This document shows, one piece after another, positions 42,411-57,827 of a stretch of DNA of 64,000 nt (its first letter is position 1; every line of letters begins with the position of its first letter). The position numbers and the translations under genes are program-made. Source of the stretch: Octopus vulgaris (Eukaryota); contig OX597826.1 of assembly GCA_951406725.2 (NCBI GenBank), forward strand, positions 55,180,001-55,244,000, in the 5' to 3' direction. The notes below the pieces were generated by a model. That model ran no database searches. It was not told the origin of the DNA and was given only the letters and a program-made list of their open reading frames with translations.

Positions 42411-42962
42411 TGCCCTGATGCAGTACCAGGTTGACTCTCATAGCTTAAGATCTTAACTGATTGGAAGTGTTATCATATACATTGTTTTGTCTTGATATAA
42501 AAGATGGCCTACAGTAAATATTCTGCTCAATACCACAGATTTGCTTGTCACTTGTTTGACCTTAACCAGTTGAGCATGTCCCTTAGTGGCTGACGACATG
42601 TGCATCTCTGATCATGAGCAGAAATAGCGAGGAAGCATCATAGCCATGTGTTGAAATGGATTCTTAGAGGTTTGGATAATTCACATTTGGAAACATGGGT
42701 AGTTCGTTCAACATCCTTAAACAATCGTTATTCAGGGATCTTTTGAGCAGGATGGGCTACTCGACCAGAAGAAAATGCTAACTGGGCCCCACCTGCAAGG
42801 TCATGCGCTGTTTATCTTGATATGAGATCACCCTGTCGCGCACATATTGTTGTGATACTTGAGCCTAGTGTACCCTTATCAGAGAGGTAGTCATAATGAG
42901 TATACTGGACTTCGTATATTTTACCCCAGTGTCACTTGGTGGCATGCACTGCTCTCTTACTC
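42411..42962 (+). mobile_element. ~555-bp non-coding interspersed element, copy 2
   Basis: Collinear, moderately diverged copy of 11821-12375 with the same termini, followed by (TAA)n. Confidence 0.85.
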
Positions 42963-43013
<51 letters not shown>

Positions 43014-43015
<2 letters not shown>

Positions 43016-44306
43016 GCAAGCTGCTGAGTTGTAATAGGATGCACCACCCAAAGGCAGACGTAGATCGCCTTTACCTTCCCAGAGCCCAAGGAGGTCGAGG
43101 CCTGATCTAATTTGAACTAGCTTACAAAACAACCACAATTGGACTGGCTAAATATCTCGAAATATCGAATGACTGGATGCTAAAGCTTGTGGAAAATCAC
43201 GAGAGACGAAAGAAGCTTCATTCTATTATAAAGGAAAGCAAAAAATTTGCTATTGATCTCGTGCAGGATACCCAAACAGAACAACCCGAGGGAAGTACGG
43301 CAATTATTGTTGCAAAGAAGGTGAAAATAATGGCAACGAAAAAAGCGCACGAGCAATTGGCTGATAGGTGGGAGGAGAAACCTCTGCACGGCAAATATGT
43401 GACCCGCAGCAAACAAGCTGATGTTGACCAGAAGCAAACCCATCAGTGGCTACGGAGCTCAGGGCTAAAAGCAGAGAGCGAAGGTTTCATCCTGGCTGCT
43501 CAAGATCAAAGACTATTAACCCGGAACTACCAGGCCAATGTGATGAAAAATGGAGCAGACCCAAAATGCCGATTCTGCAACGACATGATTGAAACAGTGG
43601 ACCACCTAATCTCTGGATGTAAAGTCTTAGCTCCAGTGGAGTATAAATTAAGACATGACAGAGTTGGCCAATATCTACACTGGCTAATAAGTCGGCATTA
43701 CAATATCAAAACTGCCGACAAGTGGTATAATCACCACCCTGAGGCTGTAACTGAAGGAGAAAATGTAACCATTCTGTGGGACTTTCCAGTACATACAGAC
43801 CGAACCATCAAGGCCAATAAACCAGATATTGTTGTGAAAGACCAAAACAATAAAGTTTGCTTATTGATCGACATGAGCATCCCCTGTGATCATAATATCT
43901 CAGCGAAAGAGTTTGACAAGCTCAGAAAATATAAAGACCTACTCATTGAAATTGAGAAAATGTGGCATCTCAAGGCGGTTGCAATACCAGTGATCGTAGG
44001 AGCACTAGGAATGATCAAGAAGGGAACCGAAAATTATATGAGAATGATCCCTGGCTTACCATCCCTGCAAGAAGTGCAAAAGATTGTCTTAACTGGTACA
44101 TCATACGTATTGAGAAGAGCATTGTCGATGTGAGAACTGTTGCTGCTCATGTATTTTAATTTAACTTAAAAAAAAATTTTTTTAAATGAACGAACTATTG
44201 AGTTTGGTTTAATGGCCTACCAAAGTATACTATGAGTTTCTTTGCCTTAGGAGTCGGGAAGACACTCGGCAAGAAATGGAAGCAAATTTGAAAGAAGAAA
44301 AAAAAA

Positions 44307-44307
<1 letters not shown>
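43014..44307 (+). mobile_element. 5'-truncated R4/Dong-type LINE (CCHC finger + restriction-like endonuclease) inserted in (TAA)n
   Basis: ORF 43177-44133: CRFCNDMIETVDHLISGC (CCHC), RHD, ILWD, KPDIVV..IDMSIP..KYKDL (PD-D-K RLE). Upstream RLYLPRAQGGRGL is separated by one in-frame stop. (TAA)n lies at 42963-43013 and 44308-44372. Confidence 0.92.
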
Positions 44308-44372
<65 letters not shown>

Positions 44373-45115
44373 GTTGTATTCCAGGTATAAGGAAGACAAT
44401 TTTGAGGCGAGAGTAAGTGGCCGATACCTTTGGGCCATTACTTGACCTTCACTAGTACTTTCATTTCATGGACCCCCAGAAGATGAAAGGTTACGATGAT
44501 CGGGTAAAACTTTTTAAATCAGATCCAAGGGAATCAGAATAAACACCGCAGGGTACTTACTTCGACATTTTGACGATTCCGCTACCTTACCGACCGAGTG
44601 GATTTCAGTTTAGGCACAAGGACAGCAAATTTTAAGGTTGTGAATTAGTCGATTACATCGGTCCTAAGACTAGAGACGGGTATTTTATTTTATCGAGAAT
44701 GAAAGCATAAAAGGCAGAGATGTCACCGGCTGGATGTGAAGCTATAACGTAAAATGACAAAGCATGCCTCGAAGCATTTCTTTCGCCATATTAAATATTC
44801 TAACAAATCACCAGCATTAAAAAGATATGATAAAGACAATAACTCCATACTCAGGTTTTAAGGACATCATTTAGGTTGGGGAGATCAGTTCAAGTATATT
44901 GGAATATAAAGATTTCAGTATTTAAAAGAAATATGTTTTAGAGATCACAGTGAGGGAAAAGGGTGGAGTAAACCACGTCAGAATTTGAACTAAGATAGTA
45001 AAGAGACGCACTCCATTACCACGATTATGTCAACCGATGTGTTAACAATAAGAACACTAATATATGAAATTATGATAATAGAACGTAACAAAAATATTGA
45101 TACTACTACTACTAC

Positions 45116-45181
<66 letters not shown>

Positions 45182-45277
45182 TAAAAATAGTAATAATACT
45201 AGATATCCATGATGATGATTGTGATGATGATGATGATGATGATGATGAGGAATATGATGATGATGATGATGATGATG

Positions 45278-45331
<54 letters not shown>

Positions 45332-45596
45332 TTGACAATAATAAAAAAAAAAAATTTTTGAGAAATCCAAGTATGTGATATACTGGAATATATAAAAAGT
45401 AAACAGGTTGTCAAGATTGATGATAGTTTTTGAATCAGTAAAAAATTGATACATACACATGAGCACACAACACTCACACACATATATATATATGTATATT
45501 TATTTATATGTATATATATATATGTATATATATACATATATATATGTATGTGGGGGTGTATATGCATATATACATATGTAAATATATGTATAAAAT

Positions 45597-45654
<58 letters not shown>

Positions 45655-45879
45655 TCATATATACAGACATGCGTGTATAGGCAGCCAAACATGAGTCTAT
45701 ACAATATATATATATATATATACAAACGTATAAATATACTTGCGTGTTTATTTATGCAACTATATATATATATATATATATATATACACGTGTATATATA
45801 TACATATCTAAATATGCACATATATACATATCCACATATATATTTATACATATATATATATATGTATATGTATATATGC

Positions 45880-45920
<41 letters not shown>

Positions 45921-46257
45921 CATATGTACGCATACATTTCAGGTGAGTATCTGTGTTTGTGTGTTTGTATATGTATATATATTACGCTCAACACATATAT
46001 ATACCTGAAAATAATTTTCCTGGTTCATACAAAGTATACTTCACCTGAGTGATAACAGTAATATTGTTAATATATATACACATCCACAAATCTACGTGTT
46101 TCTGTATGTCTATATGAGAGCGTGTGTGTGCGCATGAGGTAATAAATCCACATATATCACTAAATAAAAACTGAATAAAACTGAATCCTAATATGACAAA
46201 ATAAACTAATGCTATTGCAAGAGATACATATATTACATAAATCTAAACATATATATA

Positions 46258-46326
<69 letters not shown>

Positions 46327-46479
46327 ATATATGTATATATATATATGTATATATATGTATATATATACATATATATGTATATATATTTACATATATATAT
46401 ACATACATGCATACATATATATATGTGTGTATATATATATACATATATATATGAATATATATATTTATATACCTTTATA

Positions 46480-46523
<44 letters not shown>

Positions 46524-47176
46524 CATATATATGTATATTTATATATATAAGATTATATATATACATATATGCATGTATGTATATGCGTCAAAATATATAT
46601 AATGCATAAATCTAATGAAAACAAACTTTACAGATTTTATTTTGTCGAAAGGAGATTTTGGTGGTACCATCAGTAAAAGAAAAAGAAATAGATAGAATTC
46701 TTTAATGCATTTTTGTATCTTTCTAATTTTTCTTGAAAATAATCTACTGTGCTTCTAAGAAACTGTATTTCAAATATTCACATATATACATGCTCGCCTA
46801 TCTGTTTACGTAGCTACATGTACACGCAAAAGCACTTATTCATACAAGCAGTTGGCCACACATCTATATTACGTATGTATGTATGTATGTAGGAAGGTAG
46901 ATACGTAGATGGATATATATAGAGATAGATAGATACATAGATAGATGTACACATACATACAGATATTTAGTTTTGATATGATATATCTAAATATCTATCT
47001 GTTTTCATACATGTATGCAGGCATGTGTTCATATATATATATATATATATATATACACGCTCATACATATATATATATAATCGTTTATGTATATAAGCAT
47101 ATATTGTATATATATATATGTATATATCTATATATATGTATGCATATATATATATACATATGTATATATGTATGTA

Positions 47177-47218
<42 letters not shown>

Positions 47219-47496
47219 TATATACACACATATGTATATATCATATATATATATATGTATAAACCATTTAAATATTGTATGAATGTGTGTCCTGACACAC
47301 ACACACACATGCATACACACACACAGAAACACATACATACACAGTGGAATAAAACTGTACATATAGCCGTAGAAAATGAACGACCGTATATTTTATCGTT
47401 TTTTCCTTCTATTTCTTTTTTATTTTGTTAGGCAATACTTTATTGCATTTATAAAATAAAATGTATATATATGTATATATGTTTGTGTGTGTGTGT

Positions 47497-47566
<70 letters not shown>

Positions 47567-48403
47567 TGGAAAGCGAATGAAACAACGACAAGGCAAGAAA
47601 ATGGATTTATATTCTTGGAAAGTGTAGTAAGGTAAAAAAAAAAATACATATATAAATTGTTAACAAATTCTAAATTGAACAGACATAAATTTGGTTTTAA
47701 GATGATAAGAAAATAAGTACACTAGAAAAAAAGAAGAAAAAAAACGACTGGAAGTGTAAGAGGGAGATGGAGAAAGAGAGTGGAGTTACAGAGAGAGGAG
47801 GGAAAACGAGTGAGAGGGAGAATGAGAAAAATGTGGGGAAAACGTTAAAAAAAAATGTGACGTAGGAAAAAAAAAAACGTTAAGAATAAAATATAAAATG
47901 AGAAATTGAAATATTTGAAAATAAATATATATTAGAAGAATTAGATTTACAATGAATAGAATTGTTCTCTTTAAAATACGATGTGCCCACAAAAATGATG
48001 AACTTCAAAAGTTTAGATGAAAGCTGATATGAATTAATACGACAGTGTACAGTTATTTAAAGGATTAGCGGAAATAGTGTTAAGTTCGATATTTCATTTC
48101 TTCTTTTTTTTCTATTTTTAAAGATAATTGTATTTCGGTGACTAGAATTGAATATATTTCTTCATTTTTTTTTTATTTTCTTTCGTTTTTTTTAGCATAT
48201 TTAAAGTTTAATTGAATATTGATTTCTTACCTAGACATAAGTTGGCTCATTTGATTGAAGGAAAGGCTTTCAATCTGCGACAATCCTGTCCTTCGTACTT
48301 GCATACGTACACATACATACATACATACATACATACATACATACATACATACATACATACATACATAGATACATACATACATACATACATACATACATAC
48401 ATG

Positions 48404-48450
<47 letters not shown>

Positions 48451-48649
48451 GTATATATGTATAGGTGTGCACGTACGTATATATGATTTAAGATATTTTA
48501 CTTTGAAAGCCAAAACAATGATTCAAGTCAATGATGTGTACGTTTGATATGTATTTCAGTATTCCGAGGTTAGGACCACTTTAGAAAAACTTTGAAGTAA
48601 TTCTGTCCTCTTTTCTGTTATTGTAAATTTTAATGTTCGTTTATATACA

Positions 48650-49200
<551 letters not shown>

Positions 49201-49260
49201 AAGATACAAGTACATATTCACACATACGTACATACATACATACATACATACATAATACAT

Positions 49261-49313
<53 letters not shown>

Positions 49314-49377
49314 AAAAAAATATTGAATTTCTAAATATATATAAATATATATAAATATATTATATATATAATAAAGA

Positions 49378-49430
<53 letters not shown>

Positions 49431-49459
49431 AAAGAAATATGAATTTCTAAATCTCTCGT

Positions 49460-49498
<39 letters not shown>

Positions 49499-50004
49499 CA
49501 TACATGACTGATCTTTTTAGCTAACATTCTTGTTGATTTGTCGTGTCAGCATTAAATTTATTTGGGAAAGTGAATACAGTTTTAGAAAATTAAGCTATCA
49601 AGAAAACAATTCGTTGAAACATGAATTTTTTTAGCAGCCTCTTGTATGAGGAGTACGAGTGAGAGGAGGAGAGAGGATGAGGTGGAAAGGAGCCACAAGG
49701 TCGGGCGGGAAATTGAAAAAAGAACTGGTTTTAATACGAAGATGTTGCATAACAATTATTGTAGCAATAAATCTTCTGCTTCGGGTTTGTCTTAATCAAT
49801 ACCTTAAGAAATTTCAGACAGAAGCGGATTGTTTGAGAAAGGAACGAAAAAGGAAAAATCGTGTCAGTAAATTAAATGTCTGTGTGTATCCATGTGTAAG
49901 TATGCATGTATGTATGTATGTATGTATGTATGTATGTATGTGTGTATGTATGTATGTATGTATGTATGTATGTATGGATGGACGGATGGATGGATGCATT
50001 AATG

Positions 50005-50065
<61 letters not shown>

Positions 50066-50100
50066 ATATGCGTATATATGTATAAATATATGCATATATG

Positions 50101-51441
50101 TAGAGGGATGGCCATAATGATGGGAAACATTTTAAGTGCTTGTATCATGGATTATAAAAGTAACATCGCGTATCAAATATATTTATTGTATAACTGATAT
50201 ACAGCAGTTCGATACAATATCTGAGATTACATCCTGGAGATGGTCACCACCCCGAAAAGAATATTCACGAGCTTGCTTTCTCATATCAAGCACACTGCGG
50301 TGCAGCATATCGATCGGAATGGCTGAAATCGCTCTACAGATGCTTTGTTTTAGTTCCTATGGAATATTCTTGTATGTACCCTTTGAGGTAACTCCACAGA
50401 AAATAGTCCACGGGGGTTAGATCCGGTAATCTGGAAGGCCAACGGATATCACCAAATCTCGAAATGAGATGTCCAGGGAATTTTTCTCGATGTGTTGTCA
50501 TTGAGAGTTGCGCTGTGTGACCAGTGGCACCAACTTTTTGCGTTCTCATCTGTGTCTGGGCAAGCCTTTGTATCTCGGAGAAAAGGTCTTCAGCATACGG
50601 TTACCGTTACAGTTGGCGTTGCCGTTACTGTTTTACAGCTGCACCATGTTGTCCTCAAAAAATTTTAAATAAATCTCACATGCAAATGTCACTGCACACC
50701 ACACTGTAACGCTATCACTGTGTAAAAAGCCTTTCATGCCCGACTTGAGGACTTTCACAACCCCAAGACCCACAGGTTTGTTTATTAACGTAACCAGAAA
50801 GGTTAACTGGAGCTTCATCTGATGTGATCAAGCCATGAACATATTTACAAAACAAACACTAAAAGTCTTTCGTTGCACCTTGTCTTGTAGAAGCAATTGA
50901 TGCACAAGCTGTACCTTACACGGATACAAGTGTAGGTCTTGTTTTAAAAGTATTCTGACACTGGTTCAAGAAATATCCAACCGTTGAGCCAATCGACGCG
51001 TGAACTTCGAGGGACTTTGTACAATAGCGTTCCCCCACACTTTGGCACTTCCCTGCACCACCAGACGTTCGATGCCGACCTGGAGTCTTTTTCTTCTCGG
51101 TGTCGCTTCTCTCAAGGAAGTTTGTAACAGCACGCAAGAGCAACTTTCGGGCTGGTGTATTTCAATTTATAAAATGCTGTCAAAATTTTCTTTGGGTTGC
51201 AACGATGGATCTTTGGTCTCGTGAAGTATGCTTCGACCACGTATGTAAATTTTCTTTTTGAATTCACGATATTATGAGGGTCACCAACACCAATTACCTG
51301 TAAAAAAATATATAATCTTACATAATATATTGAACTCCTGTATATCATTTATATAATAAATATATTTGGTACACTGTGCCATTTATATAATCCAAGATAC
51401 TAGCATTTAAAATGTGTCCCATAATTAAGGCCCACCCTGTA
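50101..51441 (-). mobile_element. Full-length decayed Tc1/mariner transposon, DD41D (rosa-like)
   Basis: ~58-bp imperfect TIRs (tagagggatggccataatgatgggaaacattttaa.. / ..tttaaaatgtgtcccataattaaggcccaccctgta) with TA at both ends. Minus-strand remnants LHSDSVTVWCA and (V for D)GATGHTA...FPGHLISRFGDIRWPSRLPDLTPVDYFLW give a 41-residue spacing. Confidence 0.88.
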
Positions 51442-51449
51442 TGTGTACC

Positions 51450-52200
51450 ACACAATCCTCTCAAATCTAGACACGGATATCTTAGCGTTAACTAACATTC
51501 ATAAGATTATCTTTGAAGAAAAACAACCAACATCATTATAATTTGGCTCCACAGACCTTAAATTAACAAACACTTTTCACTATACTAGAATGAAGGACAA
51601 CTCAGAATATGGATATTAGGACATAAAAATTCACAAACAAGCATAACAATAATGTATTCCCATCATCTGTTGCCAAACGGGTATCACTATGATTTCGACA
51701 CCTAGACAGTACCATTCTATCTGATGGTGTCAACAACCTTAAAACATAAACGCTGCCTGAGAACAAGACATTAGCATGGTATGTTCAAAGATTTGTTGTT
51801 ACTATAAGTAACAACATCAAAGAAAATAATATAAAATTATAGTTACATAGCAGTACCAATACAACAAAGAACTTGTTCCGATAAAAGATAAGGTTATCTT
51901 AAAATTTATAATCCAAATGGACAAGTAAACTAAACAAGGTATAAAAAAAAAACCTACGCAATTTCCGATACTCGACATGATAACAGCAAGCCAAGGAACA
52001 GCAAACGAAAGAATTTAAAATATGATATATAGTCTACACAGTGGACATTGACCAGTAGATACGCCGTTTATCAATCTATATCACATGACAATCACTTACT
52101 CTGGCCCAAAAAGAACTTAATAAAAATGTAGTGAAACAGTATATCTCATAACTAAAGTCCTCGAATAATGTATAAAGAAAAAGACAAGCATAGATCGATA
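51450..52200 (+). mobile_element. Very degraded Penelope-like element remnant
   Basis: Fragments resembling the PLE post-RT region (ILSNL...IIFEEN..HYNLA; NIK..Y; .VYQ); many stops and frameshifts. Confidence 0.4.
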
Positions 52201-52269
52201 TCCATAAAATATGTTCAATATTATATCATAAAATAAGTGAATAAATTACAAGTACAAGTAATATAAATG

Positions 52270-52332
<63 letters not shown>

Positions 52333-52434
52333 TGTACGTATGTATATGTACATGCATGCGTATATATATATGTATATATATAAAATATATATAAATATAA
52401 GTATGTATATATGTATGAATGTATGTATACATAC

Positions 52435-52469
<35 letters not shown>

Positions 52470-53779
52470 ATATAAACAATTAAAAATAAGGGCAAAGAAA
52501 ATTTCTATGCCAATATGTTGAAAAACAGACCTTAAATCGTCAATCACCACATACAATATACATAATTATAAATACACATCTTGTTGAAATCGAGGAAAGC
52601 AAGTTAAGATATTTTTTTTCAGATGCATTATCTCTGTATCGAACGATTTCGGGATTAATTCAACGGATTGTTCCACTCATCGGTAGAGAATACGATAATA
52701 TATAAATGAAATACTTACAAGCACCCATGGAAAAAAATAGAACCAAAAGTCATGTGTATACATAAGTACCCCAAATATATCTAAATATAAATTCCGTAGC
52801 GAGCCTCAATACACGTTAATTATAATCGTTTATAATTTTCACCTTAAAAGGTACTTTAATATGCTGGCCACTTGATGAAATATTTTGAAAAAATGTTATC
52901 CTATATTAGAAGCATATTTAGATGTATATAGTTCAAATTTACAGAAAACAAAAGACGAAGGCAGTTTAAGGAGCAACAAGCAGGTGTATTAGTTTAATGC
53001 TCGGGAAGAATGGAAATATCTTTGATGTTTGAAGTCTACGCTCCTCGACAGAAAGGATTAAGAAGTAAAAAAGAACGGAGAGATAATGAAAATGCGTAGG
53101 GATTAACAGTTCAACATAATGGCATATATATCTTGTGTGTACAGTTAGATGTTCGACTTCTACTCTATGATTTAGAGCTCCACGTAGTTCATTATCATCC
53201 GATCTACTTCCAGTATAGTAGTTAGACTACCACCGTGCTTTTTAATGTTACTGGTTATGATATACAGCGCATATATAAATTAAAATAAATCCGAATATAA
53301 ATGATTAGTTCCTTTGCAATTTTCGCCATACCAGTTATTTAGAATTCAGCAATGGATGTTCTAAATGCGAGTGGATATCTAGCTTCAACGGATCATTGAG
53401 CAGAATGCGCTAAATTGTTCTCCTGCTCGGGGAAAGGGAACGTGAAACTCTGAGTAATAATTTTTGAAGATTGTTGCCGCTTTAACACAAGCACACTACT
53501 CTACCTTCAGTTGTTAGTGTACTATTTTCCCCTCCTTGTTTTGCATATACCGCTAAACATTTTGTCCAGTGTGCTATCAGACGGGCAGGCATGATGGGTA
53601 TACTGAATTCCGTATATTTTCTATAATATAAAAAGTATTGAGGTAACAATCCTTGAAATTTAAATTTTAAACCAGTTGAAGACGCACAAGATGACGAAAT
53701 ATCGTTCACTAGATAACGTAGGCACTCTTCTTTTAATTTTGACTCTATACTATTATTACAATATAATCCTTTATTATTA

Positions 53780-53842
<63 letters not shown>

Positions 53843-53844
<2 letters not shown>

Positions 53845-54430
53845 TAGTTTTATTTTTATAGCGTGCTTTCACTTCACTACCGAGCGCAGCTCTGTGTGCC
53901 TTAGGTATGTGCTGTGATTTGTTGTGATTCTCTGATGTTTATTGTATGGAAAGTATTCTGCGTAGGATGTGTGCAGTGCCTAGTAGTGCAATTTTCTGTT
54001 TGTTATATGTGTTTGTAAGTCCTGGTGTTTTTGTTATGTATTTGTCTGAATATTTTTTTATCATGCCTAATGCACCTACTATGATAGGAATTGTTTCTGT
54101 TTTCAGATTCCACATTCTAGTTACCTCTATTTCCAGGTCTTTGTATTTTGAGAGTTTCTCCATTTCTTTTAGAGACACGTTGTCATCTGCCGGTATTGAT
54201 ACATCAATTAGAAAGCATTTTTTTTTCTTCATGATCTCTGACAACTATATCTGGTCTGTTGGCCTTAATTTCTCTATCTGTGTGTATCGGCATATCCCAG
54301 AGTATGATTGCTTTCTCGTTTTCTGTGACCTTTTCTGGTGTGTGCCTATACCATCTTTTTTCTGTTGTTATTCCATAATGTTGGCATAGCTTCCAATGCA
54401 TGTAGGTTCCAACTCTGTCATGTCTGTGAA
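53843..54430 (-). mobile_element. R4/Dong-type RLE LINE 3' end within (TAA)n
   Basis: HRHDRVGTYMHWKLC...ILWDMPIHTDREIKANRPDIVV / CFLIDVSIPADDN...KYKDLEIEV...IPIIVGALG...GTAHILRRIL*; both flanks are (TAA)n on the sense strand. Confidence 0.9.
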
Positions 54431-54482
<52 letters not shown>

Positions 54483-54569
54483 GTTATTGTTGTTGTTATT
54501 GTTGTTGTTGTTGTTGCTGTTGTTGTTGTTGTTGTTGTTGCAGTTGTTTTTGCTGTTAGTGAAAAGTCG

Positions 54570-54791
54570 ACGCGCCATGGCACTATCATTAGCACATCGG
54601 GCAAAACTGTTAGCGGTATTTCGTCTGTCTTTATGTTCTAAATTCAAATTCTGCCGAGGTCGACCTTACCTTTCGTCATTTCGAGGTCGATAAAGTAGGT
54701 ACCAGTTGAGCACGGGGGTCGATGTAGTCGGCTTACTTCTCCTTCCCACCCCAACTCCCGAACATGCAGGCCTTGAACCAAGATACGAAAG

Positions 54792-54792
<1 letters not shown>
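54570..54792 (+). mobile_element. SINE family B
   Basis: ttagcggtatttcgtctgtc...aattcaaattctgccgaggtcgacc...ggggtcgatgtagtcg. Confidence 0.75.
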
Positions 54793-54833
<41 letters not shown>

Positions 54834-54834
54834 G

Positions 54835-54936
<102 letters not shown>

Positions 54937-54939
54937 ATT

Positions 54940-55187
54940 ACTATCATTTTGTGTTTAACTTTTGTACAGGTTGTTTCCAAATTTCACCCAGAGACCTCAA
55001 GAGACAACAAGTTGGAAGTTCATGTTGGTGTTATGCCTAGGGTGCCATATATTTGGTTTAGCACATAGTCTTGTTCTAGAGAATGTTTAAGAAACCACAA
55101 GAAAATTGCTTGTTTTAAAATTTAAGATTACATAGAAAGTATTTTGTTTTGGATATGGGCAGTTCCCATGAGCACTATCATTTGAAT
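54940..55187 (-). mobile_element. R4/Dong-type LINE extreme 3' end and UTR within (TAA)n
   Basis: Minus strand IQMIVLMGTAHIQNKILSM*; start of the UTR resembles that after the stop at ~41945; flanked by (TAA)n. Confidence 0.7.
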
Positions 55188-55202
55188 TTATTATTATTGT
55201 TG

Positions 55203-55296
<94 letters not shown>

Positions 55297-55328
55297 CATC
55301 ATCATCAATATTATTATTATTATTATCC

Positions 55329-55387
<59 letters not shown>

Positions 55388-55584
55388 CTAATTCGTAAAT
55401 ATAACAGCGAAAAATATTATAAATACGGGTCGTAATAGAAAGACAGGATACGATCCGAGAGCAAGGGAAGTAACTAAATCAAGCTTAAAGGAAACACAAC
55501 ACATCCAACACGAAGTTTTTTACAATGATGGAACTAAGTTATATAAAGATGCTAACGTTAATGCAAGAATATGAAAATATTGAC

Positions 55585-55621
<37 letters not shown>

Positions 55622-56138
55622 CAGGTTGAACGGAAATACTGTCAAAGGAAAAATAAGTCACAACACACAGTTTACAATGTTGTTTATGAAGAAAAAAAAA
55701 GAAAAATAGTAACAGGGAAAAATGTTACATTTAATTTGAACACCATAAATAGTAGTTTAAGCAATTTAAGATTAAATATCTTAAGTCGCTTATTTCCTGA
55801 CAATACAAGACTTGTACACAATGACAACACAATCTCTATAATGGCATTTACACGTGTATACAAAAAAATGAGGTTTTATTCACATTTTAAATATAACAAT
55901 GTTTCTTTGAGATATTTAAGCATGCTAAGTGTGTATGATTTAGTTTTGATTTTTAAAAATTTTTTCTTCTTTTTCAACTGACGTATTTCCTTATTTTTTT
56001 CATTTTTATTCTTTACTTCTACTTTTTTTCTTTGTTCAGCGAACTTTTTTTTTTCATTGATTCGTTATTAGAATTCCCGATGATTCTGTTAAATTGGAAT
56101 GCCGGATATGCAATAGAAGAATGAGCTAATGTAAGGAT

Positions 56139-56235
<97 letters not shown>

Positions 56236-56356
56236 TGCTTATATATGTGCACAGTGCTTACATATATACCTATATATATATATATATATACATATTACAT
56301 TATATATATATATGCATACATATATACATATACATACTTATATGTATATGTATATA

Positions 56357-56402
<46 letters not shown>

Positions 56403-57120
56403 TATTTATAACATTCACTGTGTAAGTTCTGTATGTAAAATGAAATTTTTAAGGATAGTAATATGTGAGTCATAATAGTCTTTTTGAAAAAAAAAAGAAT
56501 GTTAAGCTAAATACAGGCGTGAACTGATGGAAATGTTGATGAAAACGGAGTGGAATGTGAAGTCAGTACAAAAGGATTAAGTGTTATATATTATGTGCAA
56601 TATATAGAGGGAAGAGGAAAACGGCAGTAGAAGAATTTTTAATGCTATCGTTAAAAAAAATTATTTTGACAGAAATATGAATGATTGGTGTTTAACTGTG
56701 TTAAAACACCTTATACAATGGAAGATCACTCTAAAAGATACGGTTGACATTTTTGTTTTAAATAATGAGCGTTATTGACTGGCTTTTATTTCATTACAGA
56801 AATAAAAAAAAACTATTTATTAGCAGAAATTTGAAGTTCCGAGATATTTGTTCTTGAAGACCTCTAATTAAATTGATACATGGTGCGTGGTGGTCCACTG
56901 GCTTCCAAAGTTAAGAACCTATGTTTGGTATATAAATATCTGAAGATTTTTTCTCTGACAAAACATTACACCTACAGCAGTTCCAAGTTTCTATACACAC
57001 CTATATAACGTGTCTATCTATCTATCTATCTATCTACATATATATGTATGTATGTGTGTAATATATATATATATATATATGCATATATACATATGTCTAT
57101 GTACATACTTACATCTATAC

Positions 57121-57173
<53 letters not shown>

Positions 57174-57731
57174 TATGTAGGCACAGGACGTAACGTAACG
57201 TGTACAACAAAAAAATATGAAGCACGTGTACATGGAACATGAACTATTCTTTCGAACAACGAAAGATACCAATGGAAAACAAAACAAACAACATAAAGAA
57301 CGACCCTTCATCAGTTGTTAGCTGTTTTTCTAGTCTCGTATTTCGAGCATTTAACAACAACATACGCTTTCAATTCATTCAACAGTTTCTCCTGTAAAGC
57401 AAATTAAATAAAATTTGGGATTTTGCATATATATATATATATATATATATAATTAATTAATTAATAAGGGTGAGAGAATTAGATACTAATTTAATAGTAT
57501 ATCTATTCAACACCAAGTGGCCCAGTGCTCCGAGAAACCTGGATTATTATAATATTTTATAATATATTATAATATTTTATACAAAAATAAATATAAGAGA
57601 GTGGTCACTATATGGCTCACTCTAGCACTAGTTAATCCAAAAGGTTTCAACCACAAAAATACATGTTTCCCATAAAAGTCAGTACGATTGTTAGCTCACA
57701 CGAACAGGGCAAATAAAAAATAACAAAAATA

Positions 57732-57827
57732 CAGATTATTTTGGGACAATTGTTTCGCTATTAATGAATTAAATGTAATTTTACTTACCAAAAAATCCAC
57801 TTGTAGCTCCTCAGCCAAAACTATCTG
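57732..57827 (-). ncRNA. Type I hammerhead ribozyme (minus-strand copy)
   Basis: Near-exact reverse complement of 58708-58802 (one extra base in the stem II insert). Confidence 0.82.

Noticed and set aside
54378-54391. atgttggcatagct, resembling the 3' part of miR-31
   Set aside because: The seed is missing, there is no hairpin, and it lies within the antisense of a LINE coding region.
57240-57330. Minus-strand CTGATGAAGGG possible hammerhead core
   Set aside because: I could not find a matching stem II closure, stem III or stem I partner.
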